From: Pocillopora damicornis
Taxonomy: Eukaryota
Direction: 5' to 3'
Assembly: GCF_003704095.1 (NCBI RefSeq)
Contig: NW_020846005.1
Location: 310,001-374,000, forward strand
DNA: 64,000 nt
The notes under the pieces were generated by a model that had not been told where the DNA came from, did not search any database, and saw nothing but the letters and a program-made list of their open reading frames with translations. Position 1 is the stretch's first letter; the number at the start of each line of letters is the position of its first letter. This document shows, in pieces, positions 35,891-50,400 of the stretch. Position numbers and translations under genes: made by a program.

Positions 35891-36100
35891 TTCAGTTTCA
35901 GCCACAAAATCTCGTATTCACATTAGAAAATCTTTCAGAAAACTTATTTTTTACCAACCTTTTTCCACTGAGTCTTGCTTGCAATTTTTCCATAATAACA
36001 AACATCATTTCAGGTTCAGCTACAAAATCTCGTATTCACATTAAAAGATGTTCCAGAAAAGCTTATTTTTTAACAACCTTTTCCACTGAGTTTTGCTTGC
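35891..36100 (+). repeat. ~92-bp direct duplication (period 118)
   Basis: TTCAG.TTCAGC.ACAAAATCTCGTATTCACATTA...CTTATTTTTTA.CAACCTTTTCCACTGAGT.TTGCTTGC at 35891-35982 and 36009-36100. Confidence 0.85.
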
Positions 36101-39100
36101 TAAGTCTGGCTGAGCAAATAAAGTGTAGCCTTTTGCCGGATTTAATAACCAAAAAACCGTGCAGAGCTCTTTTCCTTTTAATCTTTTTCAGTTGACTAGA
36201 AACAAAGCTTAAATGAACAGTTCGTAAGTCGATAAGAATTGGAAACACAAAGAAAACGGTGCTAATTTTATGATTCACAGCGAGAGATAAGATGTACATT
36301 TGAAAAGAATCCAGCCCAGAAGTAAAACACACCTTGAGAATTCCCATCATAAATCTAAGACATAATACATACAACTGAAATGTTTTGAGTTATATTTGAA
36401 TGTTTTGGGAGATTTTCTACCGTCAGGTGTTCTCTCCATGTGAGCATAACGTGCCGGCACTGATTCTTATAAATATGATAGGACTTGAGACGAGTCTAAT
36501 ACGATAGTCATCGTGCACAACTCAAAGAACCTTTTCGCCAACACAGAAAGTTTGGGAAAAGAGTTTCCGATCTCAAATGAAGGCATTTAACACTTTTGGT
36601 TAGGAATTCAGGTATGCATTTCATTTGTACTTGTTTCTTTGATAAAATGCATTAAATCTGAGCATTTTATATTGGTAGTCATTTTTGTGTTATAGAGTTT
36701 GCTTGGGTAACTATGCAGGCATGCTCGAGCAGAATGAACACCAATCTTATATGTAACAACTTTTGAAGGTTGAAAAACGAAAGAGGATTTTAGTTCAAAG
36801 GTCAAAAGGAGAGTCACGTTTTTTTCCATTGATTTTCATAGTAACAGACCTGGAAAGCATCCACTAAGCTCAACATGTAGGTGTAAGCCTGTATCTTGTA
36901 TCTCTTTCAATTGGTGACGTATAATTTGCGACTCATTGATAAGAATTTGCTAGGACATTACAATCTCATTTTGGGCTGTTTTCGCTGCCGATATTCATAA
37001 TTAATCCAAAAATGCTTGCCACTAAAAGTCTCCTTCTCTAAAAAAAAAAAAAAAACGATAAAAACCCCTGCAGTGAGAATGTAGAAATTGAAGGTTTGAC
37101 ATCGTATTGGGAAATTAAATGGACATGTAAGATTCGCGAGATGTTAACAACCCTCCGACCAGCTTTTACCATTTGAAATATCAGATTAGTTCCACATTGG
37201 TGGGAAATTAAAAATGAAAATTAAAGCAGAAATTTAGAAACGGCCATGATTTCCTTGGAAGACAAAAATATGATCGCTGCCAGAAATTCAAATGACTCGT
37301 GCAGGTAGTTTTCATTGGGGCATTAACGAAAAAGTAAACAAAACTATTTGGATTTTCCAAGAGGCTTTGCAACATTTCAAATTTTTCAGGATCAAAATAA
37401 AACGAAATGGAAATTATTCTATCAACCATAAGCCGAGGAACTATTCAATACATAGAAGAGAATGCTATCGTTGAAATGGTTTATATTTTAGGGAGGTTTT
37501 CGTTTTCATGCATCATACTTCCGTGAGCTAGCTGTTGCCCTATTTTTTACACTACAGAAACATGTAGTACAGAATCACTTTCCTGTCCTTTTTAAGCAAT
37601 GTTAGTAAGTATATCTTCGATAGCTAGTTATTAAAAGCTTTTAGTTTGGATTTCAGTTGTGTCGATAGCTCTTTTGGTAGAAAAACAGTCGCTGAATATC
37701 CTTGAAATGAGAAATCAACTTAAAAGGCAGCATTACATTTGATATTCTTGCTCCTTGTACTAGGGGAAAATAAAAAAGGTGGGAATTAGATGTCTATTTG
37801 GTAGACCTATATAGTTTACAAGGAAAGCAATGATTTAACGAAAACACTTTTGACTTGTCTTCAGCCGGCACGAAACTGTACTGAACCAAAGAGTTTTTCC
37901 TGTAGCCCAACGTTAAAAAGAAATACACATTTCAGTCTCGCAGGAGCTCTTTAGTCGCTATTAACAATGAGTACATGAGCCTGTTTGGAAAATAGAGACA
38001 AACAGAGGAGAGCGAGCCTTGGAACAGTTAAATTTCCAAATTTTTTAGACTATTTTGAAAGAAGAACGCGTTTTAAATCTTTGTGTACTTCTATTGAAAT
38101 GCAATTTTAAGCGACAGAGGAAGACCTTGCTCGCTCTCATTGAGAAAGAAAAGCTCTAGCGAAATTAAATCTCTGAAATAATCACTGCCGACTCACATAC
38201 CTAGGACCATCATTTTGTTTTTCTTTGGCTTCAGTATAGTGTTTAACCCAAAGAAATGCACAAGGCGAAATGTACCCAAGATACTTCAAAAGACCTAGCT
38301 TCGAGAACAGTTTTTCTGAAAACAAAATTTTCCTCTTTGCGATATAAACTCGTCATTCATGTCACTCAGCTCGGTTTGGTGTGTAAATTAAAACCCACAG
38401 TCTCACGGTTAACATAGGAAAAAAGACGGTTCGTTTCACCGTACAATAGATGGATTCTGAAAACCAACACAACTATTGACTGTTGGGGCTGAAAAAAACT
38501 GTAATTTCATCGCGAATAAAACAACTGGACACAAAAATGGTGAAAGCATATTTACTCATTGAATTTAGATAAGAAAAATGTCGCCTTTTGTTTGTTTAAC
38601 TTCATAACAGTGTTTCGAATACGTTTTATTTTAGTCTGGGTGAAAACTGACGCTTTATATCACCTACTCAGGTTGAAATGTTTTGAAAATGTTTTTCAAC
38701 AACATCCATGTATTCCTGTTGTCATTCAACGAGTTTCGATAGCACCGCCAAGCAACTGAACTGATATCACATCTGAAGATTTATATTAACAAATGCAATT
38801 TAAACTTGCCTGAAAATCCATTCTTTTTAAATTGTCCTGTGGTTAAATAAAGCTTTTAATGTCCCGTAAATTCAAACATGAGGATCGCATGAGCTTAATT
38901 AATTCAATGGGAACCTTATTCACTGTGTACCCGCGTAATTCGATTAGGTATATAGCGGCGTTTACTGAAAAAAACAACCGCAGTTGAATAGAAGAACTGC
39001 GTGAATAGACTCAGTTTTCATCAGATAACGTGCAAAAATGACAGTCATCAAAAAACTATAGTTACTTCTCCTTTGAAGCCAAGCGTGGGTCGCTCAGCTG

Positions 39101-42016
39101 AGAACAAAAAAGTCTCCGGAGTGCCTTTGTTTGGTTTTTTGTCATAGCGGGTAGCCCTTTGCTTTTTCTTTTTCACAGTTAATAATTCGGAGCCCTATAA
39201 TTTCGTCGACTCGATCAATCAGTTCGTTAAACTACATAATCCCTTCAGCAGTCCGAATTTGAATTAAAAGATACTACATTTCACACCTTGGGAGCGCTTA
39301 AATCCTCTAAGGATACACTGCCACCGCTGAGAAGCACACAGAGAAAAAAACAGCTTTCAATTAAATGTTTATGTTTATTGTGGCCTTCGAACGTCTTTTT
39401 TTTTTTTTTTTTCAGGCAGGTTTTGAATTATTTTAGATTTATCTTAATTTTTCTGTTGAACGCAAAGGACACCTGAAGTGTGGTGGTTTGTACTGAGGCA
39501 AGCTCTTTATGGTTGAGTGATCCGTACATCCACACCCCTTCAATTCTCTTCCTCTGCGAATCCAGATGTTCGTTTTCCCAGGGAAGAGAGAGAGCACCGT
39601 GCGGTTTGCCGTGGAAAGTATTGTTTGAAAGCTAAATGAAATTTTACGTCAGTTTTCCGTTCTGCCGAACCTTTTGAAATTGTGCTAACTGTAAGTGCGA
39701 AGATTGACAAGATTTGGTAAACAGATTGCTTTAGAACACCACTCGCCTTAGATATTACGCACGAAGTTTATCGGCAAGATTAGAATATGGCGGCTTGAAT
39801 CTTATACGCTAACTAATTTTTCGACAGTACTAGGGAACTCTCGTTAGCTTATTAGTATTACGTATTATCCAGAATGTTCATGGTTCTGTTCATTGAAAGA
39901 TCTGACTACCGTCAGAGTATGCTTGGCATACAATGTTTGTACAACCCATCCATAGAAAATTACGTATGGTGAAAAATAAAGGAAAGCATTTTGCCTGACC
40001 TATCCACAAAACTATGACAACATTACAGGACAATTCTTAGAGAGTTAGGAAGCTTGCGCGGTTCTGAAATACTGCGATGTGTTACCAAATGATTGGAGCA
40101 GTGAAGATCCTTATGTCGCTTTCAGAAGGGGGCTTATTTAACTAAATCAATTTCACCGACTATTTTCCTATAAATTTTTTCTCTTAATCTCTTAAAAAAG
40201 GATTATAATGTGCCTGAAAGAAAAACTGGGGATAAACTCAAATTACAAAAGCATATTCAGCGATCAAAAAGCGCAGTGGTGTAATATTTTGATCCAGCAT
40301 GCTGTCTTATTTACACAAAAACAGCTTGATCACATTTTTGTTCTGTTTATAATGATAATATAATAAGGTTAAACTCTTTATTCAGCTGAAAGAAAACAAC
40401 CTCAGAATGAGCACATAGCTTCTTTAACATAAATTGTTAATTATGTCTTCCTGTTGTCAAACCTAATATTACAGCAGTCGTTTGAACATTACCCCCGGAT
40501 GTCTAAGCCGTCAATTGCGACCCGAAGCGTGTTTCTCTGTTTGACATTGCGCACCCATATAACAGGAAAAAAGTGAAAGCAGTGTTAAGAGACCACTAGA
40601 AGCCGTCTATTAAATTCCTAATACAAACAGGGTAATATTACAAAACGCCACAAGACTGCGTACAGAATGCGAGTCGTTAAAAAAATGCGCTAATCTGCGC
40701 GTTCTTCTAAAACTGCTTTAAGGATCACTTAGCGAGTTTATTAATATGCAATTTGTTTCTTCGAAGATGTTGAAGGGGTAAAGATAGCGTTAACTTAACC
40801 ACTTTGTATTATTTACGCCTAGAGATTAAAAACAAAGAGAATGTTTACGCCCATTGATTTAATCGCTGTGACAGCTGCTGACCGAACCACAAGTCGGAGT
40901 TATTGAATCACTCTTTGCTAAAATGCGCTCTTAACAAATTGCACGAATATAGTAAGCCCCGGCTGGCGAAGCTTCTCACGTCTTCCCATTTTATACCTCA
41001 AACTTTTGCTCTGACGCATTTTATTGCTGACATAATAACTATTTGTAAGTGATCCAGAGCACTGTTGAATTTGTAAACTTAAACAAAGTTTAAATGTGTG
41101 GCGATGATTCTGTTGTCACGCAAATGGATGATATGTACTAAAATTTCTGTCCTTCCAACGGAATTGGTCTCAGCTCAGTGCGGCAATAGTAGACTTTTAA
41201 TCAATTTCCCGAGAAAAATATAATGCTGGGATGGATTCAACAACCGTTTCATGCATTTCAGTGGCGTAGAAATATGTTTCTTTTTGATCCAAAACACCAA
41301 GAAATATCTGAAAAAATTACCGAGTTCGAAAACAAACTAGCTAATCTAAAGTAACCTACTAATCAAAAGAGTTAAAAAAGGATTAATGGGGACATTTCAT
41401 GAGCAAATTTTCTTCACCCTCTCATTCATTTTCAGTAGGTTGTTTATGTCCCTAATCGATAAAAAAACGTTTGATTTACTGCGCTGCGGAAGGTGGTAAA
41501 TAAATACTTTTTTAATTTTTTTGATTTACTCCGTGGTCACGACATATTTATTTTCTTTGAACAAGCTTTAAAAAGAAAATGAATTCTTATGGATCAAATC
41601 AGAGCGATAGTGTGAAAATGAAAATTAACTAACAAACCCTTGCATTTCTTCTGTGTATTTAAATGTTAATTTTCCACTGTAGAAAAAACTGTTTGCAAAA
41701 TGACTTCCGGGCACTTTGCGTACGCTGCCCCATTTCAAAATTGGCAAATAAACGTTATTATGTCTTTGTTTTTCCTAAAAATCCGAGACGATTGCCCGCA
41801 GATAGAAAAGCCATAGAAATCTAATATTGGTAAAACCCCATTTCCTTCCTCGGGGGTCGTTCACAGGGCTAATTAATTATTTTAATCCGGCCTTTGATAA
41901 TGTTCATCAAAGCAATTTAAGGTAAAATTCACGTGATCATATGTGGACATCTCTTAAAGACAGAACCACTCTCCCATTTCGACTCATTTACCGCAAGACT
42001 GGCGCCGGTCGACAAC

Positions 42017-42308
42017 ATGCAGGGAGGAAAGACGTCCGCTTTCACAGTAGAATCACTCATTTCCAAGGAAAGCTTCGCCGAAACGAGAAGTGATGACACT
42101 CATGGATGTATGACACTGCCGAGGTGCTCCTCAGGAGATGATATCGCTCGAAGTTCGCCTAGTTTTAGCGGCGCCATAAACATACCTCGGCCATTAGCCT
42201 TGGAAGGTGCTGGCGCAGGCCACACGAGCGCCTTTTCGCAAACCTCTCAGCTCTCTCTATCAACTGGAAGATCTTTTAACATTCAACGTAACTCGGAACA
42301 TCACCCAG
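42017..42308 (+). CDS. Evx: even-skipped homeobox gene, coding exon 1
   Basis: ATG at 42017 (ACAACATG), MQGGKTSAFTVESLISK...SEHHP. Donor CCAG|GTAAAG after 42308 (phase 1) joins in frame to 43533. Spliced product 261 aa. Confidence 0.8.
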
Positions 42309-43532
42309 GTAAAGTTGCTGAATTGAAAACGTGTTATAAGTTAGAAAGTGCAAATTTAATCTGGTTTCCTTTAAGGAGCCGCTACTTTATAGTGTTTAAG
42401 CGTTCCAACCCACCCTTTGATGTGATCGTCAATAAGTTAGAGAGAAAATAAATTTAGCTAACGCGCATATCACTAAAAATTGGTTTGAATTGTTTTTTGG
42501 TCAAACATGATATAAATGAAAATTTCTAACAAAAATTTGTCAGCGGTTGATCGAATATCACGAAATTTATTTCTTCTTTCCTGTCTCATTTTCTTTTCGC
42601 CAGTAAATTGGTTTTGGATTACAAGATTATTTTCTTGAATATGGTTGCGCAATCCGCTAAGCAGCGTGCGTTCAGTTCTAGTGAATTTGCGAAATATGTT
42701 ATCATGTATGATTCATTTGATGGTGGCTCAACAGTAGCGAAAGTTTGACAGAGATTTTCACGAGGACCGAGGAATTAACAGGAACTTGTTTGCTTTGTCT
42801 TCCGGACTCTTAACACAACAAAAATGAAACACAAAGACGCACAGCAAATGGAAGATGAAAATAGAAAACAAGTAAGAGGTGACATGCAGAGAAAACTGCT
42901 CACTTCAATCAGTGATGTGATTTCAGTACCAATTGTTTTTTATCAGTTTTCATCACAAAAGATTTTTCGTCGACTTTTGCTATCTGCTCTCTATTTACTT
43001 GTTCCTAATTTTCCCAATCTTTTACTTGACCGATGCTATCTTTTGGAGTAGAAAGCATGCAGAGGAAAGATCGATTTTTGTCAAGATTTGTTTATCTTGC
43101 ACTTTACTTCTTGTTTAATTCAACACTGTGTGAAATACTTCAGGTTTGGTTGTGAGAGAACTTCAATTTTTTTGACCAAATTTTTGTTTAAATATTGTTT
43201 CAAAACAACAAAGGATTCCTCAATGAACAATGGGCTAACAATGATGCAAGTCGCTTCCATAGAGATCATTGGTCACAACTTCTTTCGAAGCTGCCATTTA
43301 GTACAAAGGGGTGCTGTGGTGATTGCTTTTATCAATACAACAGAGTTAAATTTCAAGACAGTTTGTTCTATATCCATGTTTTTAATTTTGTTTTCATTTT
43401 TTTTTTCTCAGCAAGAGAAAACAAAACGAGGAGGGTTGAATATAGGCCCTAAAATCCTCCCTAATTTCCAGATTCCTCTGTTGTGAATATGGCCCAGATC
43501 TAACATATTTAGTGGTTTTTATGTTTTCATAG

Positions 43533-44026
43533 ACGCACAACGCCATGATGACGCGACAAGGACTCGTCGCTACAGGACGGCTTTCACTCGGGAGCAGCTT
43601 AGCAGACTTGAAAAGGAATTCCTCCGAGAAAACTACGTGTCTCGCACGCGGAGGAGTGAGCTTGCATCTTCCCTCAACTTATCAGAAACAACCATCAAAA
43701 TATGGTTTCAGAATCGGCGAATGAAATCAAAAAGGCGACGCATGGCATTGGGGCTGAAACCTGTTCAAGCCTTTTGTCCGACCAGACACTTACCTTCTGA
43801 TGGACATCTCAGTTCGGGCCATCTGTATAATGGTCTTCATTATGTACCTTGGTCGCCATATTCTCCCGTCAGTGGTCCCTTGTGGCCCCACGGAGTTCAC
43901 TTCTTGCACTGTGATCCACATTACCACCCGTTTTCAGTCCCCTCTCCAAGCACCAGCACCGGATCAAGCTACAGACCATCGACGACGCAGGCGAACTGTT
44001 CATATGTCTGGAAAACTAACGAATAG
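43533..44026 (+). CDS. Evx: even-skipped homeobox gene, coding exon 2 (homeobox 43562-43741)
   Basis: Acceptor TTTTCATAG ending 43532. Homeodomain [60 protein letters not shown] carries the diagnostic Evx motifs [11 protein letters not shown] and ENYVSR. TAG at 44024-44026. The ORF track missed the N-terminal half. Confidence 0.95.
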
Positions 44027-47000
44027 ACGACTAAGAAAAGAACTTATGCTGTAAATATCGTGATCAGTAATCAGAAATGGATCAAACGTTTTATTAAATG
44101 AAAGTCGAACTCTTTCCTATCAGCTCGGGGAGCTACTAGGTCATACTTAATCGGATCACTGTATTTATGATGGAGAGGTAAATTATCTAAGCATTACATG
44201 TTTGATGTCATTTTTAAATCAGCAGAGCATCGTGTAAAAACAAATGATTTTCTAAGATTAAAAAGATCACTTCCTCTCACAGAATGCAACTTAGTAGACA
44301 ATACGAATCAGCGTTCATCTTTTGGAATTACTTTCAAGCGCTCCCTATTCTTTTACTAACAAGTTTTTTTCTGATCGATTTAGTTATTTATTTTTCCTAA
44401 AACAAGTTTTTATAGACAAAGTCTCGAGAATGCTTGGAATAAATCCCAAGTCCCTTTCATGGAAATTGGTATCATAACACAAAAGTTTATAACCTTCGAT
44501 TCAAAGCAAACTTATTTGTTTTTATTCTCTTGTCTTTTTATTTTATTTTAACCTCGATGAATCACCTCAAGACAAGTCTAGTTTTATTTAGGAAAGCAAT
44601 TATCATCAGTGAATGACCATGAAGGAAGGACGTTTGATTTGGAGACTTGCAAAACCAACATGAGTGCCTGCAACGACGTTAACAAACGCCATTTTGGCAG
44701 GAAAATGTCGTTGATGTGGCCAGTTTCCAACGACTTGTCTAAAATTTATTGTTATTAGTGGGTAAAACATCCGAGGAAACTTATTTTTCCCCAGTTACAG
44801 AGCTCAAATGATATGTTCATTGAGAATCTGAGCTTCGGAAATCGCTAAAATTTGTAGGTCAAACCTTACTTTTAGTTGATACTTCGGTTCAGTTCGACAT
44901 GATGTCACAAGGATCATTGAAATGGCGGCACGTTTTTTGTCGAATCCTGCACAAATGTCAAGTCTCACTGAACTTTCTTGAGGTTTTATTAGAACTAAGA
45001 AAATAACATTTCATTATTCATATTAAAACAAAAGAATGAAAAACACTAGCCTTACAACAGGTTTATTATCATCTATTTCGTATTACATTTCAGCCTTGGC
45101 AAGGCTACTTCAAACGCAACAAAATTGGACTCCATCTATTTTAACATGTACATCGCCATGCACGATCCTCTACATTGTTTGATCTGATGAAAAGACACAA
45201 GGCAAACATAGAGATCCTATCGGTTAATTTTCGTTGTTCAAAATGTCATCATAAAATCTGACTGCAAATGAAAAGATTAAAAAATGCACGCACATCTTTG
45301 AGCCTTCGTCAGTCTCAACAGAGATCAGTTTACGTTTCCCAGTACAAGTTTGATTTGAGCTCATCATGCTTCTAGCCAGAGGATGAGCGCCTGTTTTTCC
45401 CTAATTAATTTAAATGATATGAAAAATCGAATTCGAACTCAGAACTTAGATGTGGACATCTTAATGAATTATTACGAGTCATAAATGAAATCTATCAATA
45501 AATAATTCATCTGTTAGTATGCAATAAAAATTGTTATGAATGCTAGGATGTCCGGAAATGTATTCGATGGTCTATCACGAGTTTAAATCTACTTTTGTGC
45601 TTCATGAAGAAGTACTTTGATTTATTTCTCACTAAGTTGCTTTCCACCATGCCGCAAAGTAGGTAGTAAATATTGAAAAGAAACATAATCGGATCTTTCT
45701 TATTCTTCGAAAATTCGGAGGCATCAAGGCACCAAATTCTTTCAAAACAAGGATTTTGATCTACATAGGTAGATAACCAGTGATACAGCCTCGACCTACG
45801 TAAAATTTTAAAAGATATTTATAGTGTTGGGAGAATAAAACGTTTATGCAACACCTTAGAAAGCTGACGGATGATTAAATATATTTTTATTTTTTTAACA
45901 TGTTTAACGGCGGATCACCGGCTTCTTTGCCAGCAGGGAGAATTTAAATAAACTCTCCAAGGAAAAGGAAATCGTGCTTAACGACAAACCAGCCTTCCGT
46001 AAAATTGTCATGTTGAGCTGGATTTTGACGGGCAATTAGGACGAACAAATTTGCGTAATTCTTAATAAACCACCGCTGTCGAAAGCGGCACTGTTATTTA
46101 AGAGCTATTACGCATGCGTTGTTTAGGTTCCAATAGGTAATGATCCCCTATTAGTGTCCTCGAGTCCACCTCATAAGAAGAACTCCTGTTTGCTTGCGCC
46201 TCGATTACCGGTTGAGAATAGCCATATCTGGTCATTAAAAATCATTAACAACGGTAATAATTCGCCCATACGTGTAGGCAGATCTAAGCTTGAATGCATT
46301 TTGATTTATAGTTTTGCGCACTTGGATGATTCGGAGATGAAATTTCTCTTTCGTTAACGCCTTTGTTTTTACTTATTTTCAACAAAATGTTCAACCAGTT
46401 CTATTATTTCAACTGAGCTCTTTTGAAATGAAATATGAAATAAGATCAGAATGTGGCTAAATATGGCTCTTTCTTGTAGACCACACTGAAAATAATTTGG
46501 CGTTGGAGACGGACGGGTGATTATTATTGCAAAAAAAACCCTGACGAGCGAATAATCCTTAATTTTGTAAAATAAATGAAATTGTTTCGTGGGCAGCGTT
46601 TCTCTTTCCTGTTTGAATTTTCTCGATAAAAGGTTGATTAAAATCCAAACAATAATTCGGTCTCCGGACCGTTTAAATTTGAAAATTAATTCTCTTTTTG
46701 AGACATTTATTTTTTTAATAATACCTTCTATTCATTTTTATATTTCCTTTCTCAAAATGACTGTAAAATATGTTGATAGTGCTTTTTGGTCAATAAAGAT
46801 GGCGAGGGAAAATCTTCTCTCATATAAGTCTTCATTGCACCCGATATCGTGAAGACTTTTTTATTAGTCCAGAAGTTTGTGTTCATGTCAGAGACCGCCT
46901 GTCATAGCAATCTTGTCTGTTCAGAGATGTTTTTTTAAGGGGCTATCGTGAAATAAAACGGGAATTGAGTAAAATTACATCAGAGGTTTCAATAAATGCC

Positions 47001-47409
47001 GGTTACCGACGATGCACCCCCGTCTGTTTAGCTTGCGAGTAGGCTCTCGTGTTTAGGTTTCGCCTTACGCCACATGCGCCTATTACACTATCGGCGGCTG
47101 CCTATGAAAACGTTGTTCAAACCCCTGCTCAAGTAAAAGAATAATGTAGAGAGTTGTATTCACCGACAGCTGTTGGGTCGCTAAATAGCTTTCCGATTGA
47201 ATATTCAAAATCAAAACCGAATAAAACGAACAATCACAACAAGTAAAGTAAATTTCTCCGGGAGCCAGTGAGACCTAAAGTGTATAAAGTAAAAGTGCGC
47301 AAGCGCAGGAAATTTCAAGTGACCAGGTCGCTCTGGATTTCAGTTTTGGAAGTGATTGGTTGAAGAGATGGCGCGAGTCAATCAAACCAATCATAGGGTG
47401 TGGGAAGGG

Positions 47410-47412
<3 letters not shown>

Positions 47413-47448
<36 letters not shown>
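47413..47448 (+). repeat. Poly-G tract (36 G)
   Basis: Direct reading of the sequence. Confidence 0.9.
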
Positions 47449-47449
<1 letters not shown>

Positions 47450-50400
47450 GTCGAAGCTAATACAAACACTGATTACTGTAAACCGAACAGTACTGTACAA
47501 CGCAGTTCTTCTCAATTGAAAATGGTCACCCCAGAACCAGGCACGTCAAAAGATGTTATAAGCCTTCAAACCAAAGTTTAAACGGCCTGTACCTCTTTAC
47601 CTATTCTGTCGTGATCCCCAGCAGGTTGCCTGTCTTAAGCGTGGGGTCTTTCTCAGTTTTATTAAAACCGATGGCCATAGTCTATGTTATCTCACTGGAA
47701 AAATCAATTGAAAATATTCCCAATAAACTCCAGTGTACCTTAAGTGGGTGGCGTTCTGTCTGATGGTACGCATTGATGTATGCGCAGCCTCTTTCAGACA
47801 TCAGTATTCTCTTCTTTGCTAATTTTCAACATCTGATAAATCTGCTAATTACACTGTACTCACAAGGTTACTCGTTAACACATCTTATTTTACTCCCAAA
47901 ATGTAACTCAACAAAAGCTCAAAACTTCAAAAGCGACCATCAAAAAACAAAGAATCTTCGATCGTTTCAAAATAAAGCAACCCAGGGTGGCGGCAAAGGC
48001 GAGTATAAGGGCAAGGACGCCCAAATCTATTATTCATTTAATTTCAATTTCATTTAAATTCAATTCTCACGAGGAAAGTCCTGCGCGTGAGGTAAACACC
48101 TACTATTTACGAGTACACATCTTCATGTGCTCTACGGAGCACATCGAAATCGGTCTGAACTGGCCGAAATTGGACCAAACTACTCGCCATCGGTGGAAAT
48201 CGTCTGGAAGCAAACGGAGCAATTTTCAAAAGGATAGCTACTGGTTCGAAGTTGAACAGAACTGTATTTTACTGAAGGAGTCGTCAACAAATCCTTTAAA
48301 TTATTGTGAGTGACTCCTTGAGATAAAATTTTATTTAACTGAGAGAACTATTCGTATAACAACCCAATTTCCCGCGTTCTCTTCCATGTTTTTATTATTA
48401 TTTTATTTCTGATGATAATGTAGTGGTAGATCAAACAATATCCCTTCATAAAGTTCATATTTTTCTTTCCTTTTTGCTTGGAAATGTGTCATACTATGAA
48501 GATAAATCAGTTCTGTTTGGTTACCCCTTGGTGTGAAAAGGTAATGACTACGCTGAACGAAATTTCAGACTCATACCGTGGAGGTTAACCGTTGATATCA
48601 TTGTCCGCGGACTATATCATTTAACGAATAGGACAAGAGATATAAATAATCATTTTCAAACAAGAGGCAACACTTTTTTTGTGCTTAAGCGAAAGCAAAC
48701 TTACTCTGGAAGAGGAAACATTATAGCAGACAAATAATTGTATGATGTCTTTCAGCTCTCTTTCTGTATCATTTTTAGTAAAGATGCACGTGCGCTGCGT
48801 GTAGCTTAATCACGAATCACCATAAATCAACTAAAAATGAGTTTCAATTGAACCACCCAGAACAAAAGAAGTCTGAAATGACGAGGGGTTCGATCGACAG
48901 AAGTCGTAGGGAGACTTTTAACTAATAAAACGAGAATAGAACGTGTTTTTCATCAACGGTCAACTTGATCGATTTACAGACATCTAATCGCAACATTTAA
49001 ACACAACGAAAAACCGTACCTGTCTGGTGTATACTCTTCTTAAGGTAGAACACATGCATTCTCTTCTTGATAACAATGTGTCGCCTTTATCGTAACAGCC
49101 ATGTTCCGTACTCGCTTCTAAGTTAAACTTTTCAAGTTGAAATTTCCAGAGTGGGTTTCAAAGCATTTTTCAGCTCTTGTCTCAGTCGAACAACAAGTTC
49201 TGTTGAAGAGAAGTAGTGCGTGGCGTGGTATTTCCGGTGCCCACGAGGAGGGAATGGAACTCGGGTGGGGTTAGTGAGAGAGCAGAGCATGTTCCTTCAA
49301 CGGTCTTTGAACGATCACAGCTACTTTACGTTCCGATTGACTACAGTTTAGTTTAAGTAACAAAAAATAAGTTTCCTGAATTCGATATAGCTTAATTGTC
49401 GGGGAAAAAAGTTAAAAACGTCAACTTTCTTCATGAGTTGAAATGCACTTGTTTACGTCACGCTCGGGTTGTTTGAAAAGAGTGTTTTTGACAGAACTGC
49501 AAAGCGTCGAAAACAATATGATAATTTGGCTTTCATGAGATATTTGCTGGTTTCACACTAAACTATTCTCTTAAAAGACCATCAAGGAATTTTTGGAGAG
49601 AATGGCGTTTAAATTTTTCACTCCCCTGAAGACGATCAGCCTTGGGAATGCAAAAAGAGTGATGTTCAAGTAAAGAGATCAAAGATTCTTTGCACGCGTG
49701 TTTGTCGGTTCCCACCAGTAACACGTTTCGATTTGTACCTGAAAATTTCATGTCCACTTTCCATCTGTCTCTAAACCATTTTGTAAAAGTTTTTGTTTGT
49801 TATATTCATACATGAGTTCGAGCAAATTAAAACATGATTAACTGTACAGAGGGGTTGTAGAACTGATGAACGCTCTTAATATTCAAGCGATGGACTTCGC
49901 GATTCCGTGTGCAAATATATTGCAGACAAATGACTCAGATGTTTTACTTGTCTCTAAAATGTTATTCTCTCCAAGATAAGTTTACGGGGCATTCTCTGTT
50001 CATTGGATATGAAGAGGAAGCTTTATCGTTAGTTGTGCATAATTACCGTGCAGGACTCTTTTAATGTCAAGCTTTTGATACATCCAGGTAATTCTTCTGC
50101 CACCTTTCTACTGTTTTCAAAAGAAAACGCCCTCAGTCAACCATATTTCCCAACCAATTTTCCTGCACACTCCCCTGCTCATCGAGGAGTATCTCTGTTT
50201 AGATCTGACGGAGAAATTACACGATCGCTAAGGGGCATCATTATCAATCTGGTGAAGCCACCAGATAAGGATGCTGTTCCCATTGATGATGGAACCCCAG
50301 AAATCTGCCCGAAGACCTTACTACTTCTTCTACTTAATAGGACACGTCAGAGATTACGTCACAGGAGTAAGAACACCAGTCAGCTTCGTTACGTCACTTG

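Noticed and set aside
47275-47581. Poly-Gly / poly-Pro ORFs
   Set aside because: Products of the poly-G tract.
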